Source: Eledone cirrhosa (Eukaryota). Taken from it: 64,000 bases of DNA. Location: the NCBI GenBank assembly GCA_964016885.1, contig OZ024741.1:299584001-299648000 (forward strand). Reading direction: 5' to 3'. A program made the position numbers and the translations under genes. Of the stretch, positions 54,876 to 64,000 are shown piece after piece (positions within the stretch are counted from its first letter, which is position 1; the number at the start of each line of letters is the position of its first letter). The notes under the pieces are model-generated. The model was not told the DNA's origin and searched no databases. It saw only the letters and a program-made list of their open reading frames with translations.

Positions 54876-55732
54876 TCTATATATATAAAACTGAGGTTGT
54901 CTGTCTGTCTATCGATTTTTGGCACACATCTCCTCTTAGAATCTCTCACGGAATTGCACCGAAATTGCTATACTTGTACATTGAGCCCTAGCGAAGACAT
55001 CGGAAAAAAAATATTTCAAATTGACCCGCCCTATCTGACGAAATCGAATATAATGTATCGATTTTTGAGCGTAAGTGATCAGTTATTTCCCTTTGTTCTG
55101 TTTACATTGAGCGTCTGCGTGCAAAAATTAAAAAAATTACGCTGGCTTTCTCAGCGTTTAAAATGACATTAACACAATACACGATTTAAAGACTACGTAA
55201 AACAAGCCTTTTAAAACAATATTTTTACTTGAAAACAAGTCTATTTAAAAACTACTTAAAACAAGCAAATATTTCGTAAAAAAAAAGCAAAAATTATATA
55301 AGTTTATTTAAAATATATGTATCTGTAAATTTTGTTAGGCGTGCAGACAGACAGTCGTGCAGAGAGGTGATATAGGCGTGCAGACAGACAGTCGTGCAGA
55401 GAGGTGATATAGGCATGCAGACAGACATAACTGATAATTTGGTTACGCTAATGTTTTTCTCTGCGTTGCAGTGTTTACATTTTCGATCTTTGTTAATAAA
55501 TAACCAGTGCAGATTTTATCCCCAGCATCCTCTTTTGTTATAACATTCGGGTTATCGTTATGTTTTCTTAACTTCATAAGGCATATTGTTGGTTGAGGGA
55601 ATATTAATCAAAAACACCACATGCAAGTCTGCACAGTAGACACTACAGTTTTTAAGCCAAAAAAGAAACTTAACATTGTAACTTTAACACAGCCACTGAG
55701 CGACCCCGAGCAACGCCGGGCTTTACTGCTAG
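54876..55732 (+). mobile_element. Non-autonomous Helitron, copy 2 (tandem)
   Basis: Begins TC immediately after the CTAG of copy 1. Ends hairpin plus CTAG|T. Confidence 0.88.
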
Positions 55733-55849
55733 TTCTAATTAAAATCATCCAGCATAATTTTATATAAGAAGTATATGTTAACGTAATATGTTAGTAATGA
55801 AAGAGTTCAGTATCGAAAATACCTGAAATCTCTTCATTAATTAACGATT

Positions 55850-56185
55850 AATGAGTTCAAATCCCGCCTAGGTTGACTTTGCCTTTCATCCTTACGGCGT
55901 CGATAAAATAAAGTACCAGTAATGCACTGGGTAATTTTTTGCCTTGTGCCTAAAGTAGAAACAATTAATTAACGATTTCTACTATAGGCATAAGGCAAGA
56001 AATTTTGAGGGAGGTAAATGTCGATGACATGGACACCAGTGCATTACTGATACTTTAATTCGTACGGATAAAAGGCAAAGGTAAGCTCGTCGAGATTTGA
56101 AATTAGACCGTAAATGGCAATAACTCTATGCTGGAAAGCATAGTGTCCAACGCTCTACCGATTTTGGCAATCCACCTTCATTAAT
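55850..56185. mobile_element. Tail-to-tail pair of Deu/Nin-like SINEs
   Basis: Plus copy 55850-55963 is flanked by the 14-bp direct repeat ATTAATTAACGATT. An older minus copy occupies 55975-56180. Confidence 0.8.
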
Positions 56186-57319
56186 TAATCGAAATATATT
56201 ATATTTGATTAGATATGCGGTCACAATATGATTAAAGGATTCTTATTTTAATTAAATCCTCTAGAATAATCTAATATTAGAATTATAGGTTGACTTCTTA
56301 TCTTAGTGAAATAGCTAATTTTAGTATATCTCTCAAAATTCTTCTTTAATTAATTGGAATAAATATCTGTCATTTGAAATGTGATAGCAAAATGGTTAAG
56401 GCTCATGCTCCGCCAATAAAACAGACAATGTACACATAGTCAATGTTTCCCCAGTACATGAATATCTTATTGCCAAACTTTATATGCCTAAAGACAGAAT
56501 ACCGCATATCTGAAAAAAAAAAGAAAAAAAACACAACAGGATTAAATTTAACTTTCCTTTCTAAAAGATTAATTCCACAGTCGTTCAAGCAACGAAGCAG
56601 CTTGCTTATATAATTAACGTGCATGTGGTTGAGCATTCCACAGATATCTGAACGCTTAATGTTGTTTCCACACGAATTCCGTGGGACACGGTACATCCTT
56701 TGAATTACTGGTACAAATCATTTTTAACAAATGATTTGGTTGAAGCAGCATGAAATAAAGTGTTTTTCTAAAGAACACAACGTTCTACCTGAAATCAAAT
56801 TCATGACCATACGACCAGGACCTTAACACGCCTACCCAATAAGCCACGAACCTTCATGCTAGAGGACTTAATTTTAGAAGATATATCTGACACCCCTGAA
56901 AATAAATAGAAAAATGGCTCACATAGTTCGAGTGTTATGTTCTACGTAGACCTATGTTATATTCACATATACGCGTAAACTTTTATATCATATATAGACG
57001 TCAATTTTTATGTTACACAAATAAATCTCTGAATAGAATGAGCGAATAACAAAAATAGTAAGAACGAAGGCAAGCAACATAAAAAAATGAGAATAACATA
57101 AAATCATTTAAAATGTAGATTACACAAACCTAGGACATGCTAAAAACAAAATGATAATAACGCATTACAGCCCTTAGATACTTAGAGACAAGGCAGACTC
57201 ACTTCCCAGTCCTTATCCACCTTCTGCCCAAATTAGGTTTTTATATTTGTTGCTCTCGTTACATTACCCGAAATGCTAAGCCCGCATTTACTAATCTAAG
57301 TTTAGTTTAAAATGTGTCT

Positions 57320-57580
57320 CCAGCCAGTAGGCTCATCCCGGCCGGGCCTTGTCACGTAGCATGAAGAAGGAAGCGATTGAAAGTATATGACCGGCCCCAT
57401 GACAAGGTGCCAGGCCATCGCGGGATTAAAGCCCAAGCTACGGCTGGTGTTCCATTTCAGCTGGATATACTGGAGCAACAGGAAATGAAGTGTTTTGTTC
57501 AAGAACACAACGCACAAGCCAGCCTAGTAATCGAACCGATTACATTATGATCATAAGACCAACGTACTTACCACTAGACC
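57320..57580 (-). mobile_element. tRNA-derived SINE (second family)
   Basis: Minus strand GGTCTAGTGGTAAG A-box, GGTTCGATT B-box, GTGTTCTTGAACAAAACACTT core. Confidence 0.7.
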
Positions 57581-59874
57581 GTCTGGATTTACTGCTAGTC
57601 ATTCCAAATTCATCCACGTCAAAATAATCTAACAAGTCATAACACTATGCGATCTTCTCTATTTATATATTACAACAGCGCCTTCAGATCTCAAAAATGC
57701 TTAAATATTTATTTATCAGAGAGAATTATTATATATCAAGCTCACCATACGAATACGTATAAAGCTAAGATCAATTTTAGTTTTATAGTATTCCTCTCTG
57801 TGACTTAAGCCCTAGGCAGCTAACTAGCTGGCCTCACGTTAGCATCAGCACTGATAACGAATTAATCACCAATAAATGTCGAATCAATACAATCCAAAAC
57901 GTTTGATAAAAGAGAATATGAGAAGGAATTTAGATAAAAATATTCCATGATGAATATTTTGAATATCAAAATAATTAAAAATTATAATTGTAAAAGAATA
58001 CAATATAATAAACATATATTCCTCTGAAATAAGGAAAGACAACTTCCACGCCGATAAAACGTAACGGTAAAATAATAATACTATTTATAAAGCTAATCCA
58101 ACCAGGGGTGAAAATAACATCACAGGCATGAAGGAAGGAATTTATGCAGCTGTTACAGAGGTTACGAAGGAAAGGTTGGAGTCACTTAGATTTTGTCATA
58201 TAGAAATATAAATTCCCTAGCAAAATATCTAAAACACTCACACAACACAGGGAAACGTAGAACATAAGAGTGAGCATCTTTTTTTATCTTTAATAAACTC
58301 ATTAATGGAAAGTTACAATTAAATAGAGGAGAAGAAATATTACAGAAATTTTCCAAAAGATCGTAATAATCTTAATCAAAGAACAGCTGCGACAAGTAAT
58401 CCTCACTAAATTGCAAAATTCCGTCTGAATTAAAGGCGATAACGATTCTTTGAACCAAACACACATTTGAAACACCAACAAAACATTTGAGCAAAAACCA
58501 GTGGAACATTAAATACTAATCAATAAAGCACTAGCACGAAAAGAAATAGAAACTATCCGGGAAGAAGTATGGACAGCAAATCTATCACAACACACGAAAC
58601 ATTTCAACCAACGAACGTGCCAGCGATACAATCGTGTGATGGCATATAATCATCAGAAAGGGCTTAGATATCACAGATTCTGAACTCAAAGATTGCGCAA
58701 GGAAATATCCATATCCCAAACATGTAGATCAGATATTTTACAGGAATGCATAAATGTGCTAGCAGATTTTTTAAATAATATCCTCAAGAATCAATACTGA
58801 ATAACACTTGACTGAAACGCCATCTTAAGCCAGGTACTCAAGGTAAAGCCTAACATGTACCATCTCCTACCATGCTTATTACACGCCTTGTGTGTAATAA
58901 TAAGGCAGAGGTTAAGTAAGGAACCCAATTAAAAGAAAAACAACAGTTCTTTTCAGAAAGACAAATCACAGCTCAAACCGAAGTCGCTACTAGAGAAGCG
59001 GTTAAACCAGACTGAAAGTATATTTTGAAACAATGGCATAAAGAAAGAAAAATTAGGTCTAAGTTTTATTATTGAAAATGCGTGTTGAGGACCGTAATTA
59101 TCTGTAAGCTGTTTTAACTCTCCGTGGTGTAAAGTGGGATAGTGTTGAGATATATAGGTAACAATCAAAACGGCTCTACTCGAGCCAGCCTTCAATTATT
59201 TCTATAGACATAGCTATGTAGTTTAATTACAGATCATATATACACTCCGATGCTAACTGGATATTTAAATGTTAGCATGGAAACAGCTGCAATTAATGTT
59301 GATATTATTATCGGGAATCATGGTTGTCTGTTGTATCATCATATTTCATCAATGTCTAATAATCATGTTTGAATGCTACTACAAGTGAACAGCATTCAGT
59401 GGAGGCTGAACAAGACACGAACAATATATTTCATAAACAATATACCTAAAATAGCCCCCATACTGTTACGCATATGTACAGCGTCCTTTAGTGTAAATTA
59501 TTAGTAGACTAAATGCAAAAATTATTAGTAGCCAATGCAAAAAAAAAACATAACATTTGAAATGCCAGTGATATGAATTGGTACGCGATCTTCGATAATC
59601 TGTCATACATACAACAATAGTAAATACAGATTCAAATATCGTAAATAGATGATAGAAAGGGAAAAGTAAAATAAAAACAGATTCTCTACTTAGCCAAACA
59701 AGTATGATAACACAGATAGAAGTAAGCTTTCCAGAAATATTTGGAAAATGTACTAACAATTAATATGCAAAAGAGCCTTTCCAGCATAAAGTATGAACAA
59801 GCATGAAAACTCTCAAATACGGTGAAACCCAATATATGTTTCCTTACTTAATTGATAAAAGAGAAAGGCTTTCA

Positions 59875-60640
59875 AATGGTTTCAAATTTTGGCAAAAGTT
59901 CAGCTACTTGAAAGGGGTCGATTCAATTCAGAACTTGACTCGTAATTTATTTTGCGATCCCTGAATGGTGAGAGAACAAAGTTGATCTTGGCAGGAATTG
60001 AGCTCAGGCAGTAAAACTCCGAGACAAATACTGATAAGCTTTTGCCTGATGATCTAACGATTCTGCAAAGCCACAGCCACGCTCTAACTTTTAAATATGA
60101 CAGCTAAATCAAAGCTACATTTTACGAAACCACACTAAATTACGTATTTGTACAACCACAAATAACAAAGACGACAATAATCGTTTGTTATGTAGGAACA
60201 AAGCCAGCGTTCTTGTGGGAATCTGAAACATCGACTGAATACTTGACAAGTACTATATTTTGTCAATCCTGGAAGAATAAAGACAAATTTGACTACGGTG
60301 GGATATGAACTCAAGAAGTATAGAGACTGAACCAATGTTGTAATGCATATTGTTCGCTGCTCTCTCAATTCTGCAAATCCACACTCCTGACAGAGATGAC
60401 AATTTTAGCAATTTCTTTTGATTTAATTTAATTATTATTATTATGTTATTTTGTTTTCATGACTTACATTTTTATGATAACGATTTCTGGCACAACAAAA
60501 AGGCACTGAATCCGTTTTAGGTAAAGTAAAATTGAATATATCTACCGTAGTACTTTACGAAATCAATTTATCGACCTCCTAATGGCTAAAAGTATGCTGA
60601 TGTCAGTAGAAATTGAAATGAAGCATGATGGCGCTCAACT
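59875..60640 (-). mobile_element. Several degenerate Deu/Nin-like SINE copies
   Basis: Diverged matches to ...ATCGACCC..GGATGAAAGGCAAAGTT..CTCGGCGGGATTTGAACTC at about 59880-60080, 60230-60380 and 60480-60640. Confidence 0.55.
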
Positions 60641-63600
60641 AAATTATGTATACGTTTCGAGTTTTTCATTACCAAGAAAGCCTAAACGGAGTGGATTTAC
60701 CTATTATAAATATCAGCCTTTCAAACAATTCTCCACTTAAAAATAGGGAATCTAGATTTGGATAATGCATATTTAACTGCTATATGTTTGTTTACAAGTT
60801 GGGATGGCCACGATTGGAACACATGTCATACAATCAGGAATAGTTATGGTGTTTTCTCGCATATCGTAATAACCTACCATATTCATAGTAATTATGGTTT
60901 CACTTAAATATATAGCAGAATTTATGATGCACTACATATATGTGGCGTATTAGCAGTTCTAAAATTGCAACAGAAAGAATTCAATCTTCTGCAAATTGTA
61001 TAATAAGCTGAGATATATAAAGAAATAACAAATATATATAAAATAGCTGAGCATTTATCATTTTATATTCTTGTGACCTATAGCAGAAAACTACTCCCTA
61101 ATTTCCTGTTACGCGCTCAAACACAGTCTAGTAACGTTTTGCACTTACCTTCAACTTTCCTTTGGTGTTTCCGTGTTTAAATAAAGATGCACGCTGAATA
61201 ACTCTCATTTCAACAGCTCAATGATGCGAATACATGTTTGAAATACATTCTTCGAATATCGCCTCACTTTCTATATTAGTTTTTATATATCGCTATACAT
61301 TTTATATGGCAGTCATTTTAGATATACATTTAGATGCTCTATATTAAGTTATAGCGATTGTTGAGCACCAGTCAAATATTGATGGGGGCACACATATATA
61401 ATGAGATCGTTTATTCTTAAATGAGTACCGTTGATTGTTTTCTACAATTCTATGCCTCGCTCTCATAGTTTGAGTATAACGACACATATACAATAATTAT
61501 ACATGCTATTGGATATACGTGACTACACTTCACGGCCTAAAATAATAGTTCATTTAAAGTGATACAGACGAATTAACATTTTACAAATCTATTTCCTGAT
61601 GAAAAAAAACAAACAATTCTAACTGTTTAGGAGATATTAGATATTCGGTTCACAGCAATAGATTATGCTGTTGCATTCGCTTAATAAAAAAACTAAACAT
61701 AGCTATTTATATAACTTCCATTCATATATTCGATTATATGTAAATTTATATACGGTACCTAATGCTTGCAAAATATCAATCAATTTTCAATCTCAAAGGG
61801 CAATAGTATTTTTAGGCGCATGTATTTTGAAAATCTCATTATACCCGGGATTAGAATAACGTTTGCTATTTTTAATCAAGGAAAGGGGTGTGCGTAAATT
61901 GGTAAGTTGTGAGTATAATAGTTAGAAGAATAAAAATACAATTATTACTTCAGAATGTCCCAAACATGTAATGTTTGTTATTGATTTTCTCTTGTTAACA
62001 ATCAAGTATGATTGATTTCAAGTGGATGTAAGGACGTGAGGTATTTAAAATAACACATCATCAACATTTAGGTATTCATAGTGTGAAGTTAGGCCCAAGG
62101 ATTATAGCAGAAAAATAGCTATAACAACTTTCAAAACACCTCACAGTGTGATTGAAATTAACAAAGAACCATGAAATTACAAAGGCTTCTTATACTGTGT
62201 AGGTCTTTTGTGAATACAGAACAATATTGAATTGAAATCACTGTCACATTCTAATTTCGATATGAAATCCTTGAATCTCAATGTATCAAATATGACAGTA
62301 TTATTATGCTGAATATCGTCTCGTGAGAGAATCATGATAAACATCTAAACATAACATATATGTACGATTGGTCTCTTTCACGTTAGAGGAATTCAGTGGA
62401 ATAATACCACTGACTATTTATGATATTAATTGAGTACAATGCTACAAAATAAATTATATATGTATACAACTGTCTATGTGAGTTTAAATTACACGAATTA
62501 GTTGCGTTAAATATGTTAATAGTTAATTTATCTTTATTTAAATTCATTTTAAAGTACAAATTTCCAGAAATTGAGCCGTAATTATTTACAGGTTATACTA
62601 ATTTCACGCTCCTTTCATAAATTTGATTCATAATTGTTTTTTTAGAAGCTGTCGTAATGAGAATGAGAGGAGTTGAAAAAGTAAATACCTCATAAGAAGT
62701 TTTATAATAATCGAAATATTGATTTATTAGTTAAATACAAGATTGATATTTTATAGTTGGTTGTATGTTATTGAATGTCGTCCATATATTTTTCCAAGGA
62801 ATTAATGGCGACTGTGTAGTGAAATAGCTTCAACCGGGTCAACCGGAATCATAATCGCTTCTTTGAGGTAAGTTACAGATGGTTTACTTCTTGATCTTAA
62901 AATGTTGAAAATATGATATACAAGTCTATTAATGAACTCTTACAGTTTTTAATCACCATTATATATAGAATTATAGTAAAGGTTTACTTTAAATGAGAAT
63001 AGAGCAATGGATATTGTGTGTATTTTTACTTGTATAGTTCAAACACATTTCTATTTCTCAAGAATCAATATCTTTATATGTTCTTTAACTATACTCTATA
63101 ATCTAATCGAGACATTTTCAAATGAACTATAAAGTTCTCAAAACTTTCAGATGTTAACAAATTAACCACTTTATTGGTTAACATAAAGGCATGACCTCTA
63201 ACCTACGCTTTCAATTTATTAGGTACATCAATTCGAAGATATTCGTGGCTCAGCATTAAGACAATATTAAAGAGAGTTTTTATTGTTTTTGATTTTTTTC
63301 ACTGATGTTGCCGCTGTTGTTGCTGTGGCTGTTATTGCAGACAATGAAATCGATATTTGAATCGTTCGGTAGGGTTACAAGTGAAGCAAAAACAAATTAA
63401 ATGAAAATGTAATTGAACGGTGACAAGCTATGCAGAGAGACGGTCAACATTTATCTCCAGTCCTTATTCAAATTCAATACACCATTCAATAATATCTAAA
63501 GACCTAGTCTTTAAATTTATCAGAGAATACCCTGTCGCGACAGTGAGCTAAAGACACACGCATTAATCTATACATTATAGCTATTATATTGTGTTTTCTC

Positions 63601-64000
63601 ATCTGTTAAAATAATATTAAACATTACCAAATCCTGTGAATCATTGCATTATTAAATGATCTTACATCAGTTTTCTTATATATATATATATGTATACTAG
63701 CAGAAAAACCACCCTTCGAGTGGTTTTCTACTAGCATGTGTAGTGTGTATATTGATATTATACCCAAGTATATATATACATGTAGATATGTTACATCAAA
63801 TAAAATCGTAAGTGACAATATATAATACATAGAAATTGAACGAAGACTGCGTAATACAGTCTTATTTAATCAGTAACGTAATCCATGATTCATTAAAAAA
63901 GACGATATTATATATAAACTGCCATAGAAGAAAATTAGTGACAGAAAATTAGTATGTTTATTTAAGCGATGGCCAACCGGAAGTGTTGATATTTCAGAAA

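Noticed and set aside
57950-58900. Possible very old Penelope RT relic (also 5920-6370 and 7350-7720)
   Set aside because: Only faint motif traces; too degenerate to call by eye.

Overview
AT-rich eukaryotic (metazoan) DNA dominated by (TA)n/(CA)n microsatellites and decayed transposable elements. The repeat landscape resembles a coleoid cephalopod such as Octopus; this is an inference from composition and SINE type. No host protein-coding gene can be supported, and most listed ORFs are microsatellite artefacts. Elements present: two CR1/L2-like LINE copies; an R4/Dong-like restriction-endonuclease LINE beside a (TAA)n tract; an RTE-like LINE; at least five Penelope-like elements (one Neptune-like, several Naiad-like) with pseudo-LTRs; tRNA-derived SINEs; and a head-to-tail dimer of a non-autonomous Helitron. 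The most notable hidden layer is about 8-10 type I hammerhead ribozyme motifs (CUGANGA...GAAA...UH, several with core substitutions) in short non-coding pLTR/retrozyme-like units inserted in (TA)n. One fold-back inversion is centred exactly on a predicted cleavage site and another on stem II. The Neptune-like element also shows a candidate -1 ribosomal frameshift (U UUU UUA) joining ORF1 to an AUG-less RT ORF. All calls were made by eye; no searches or folding programs were run.
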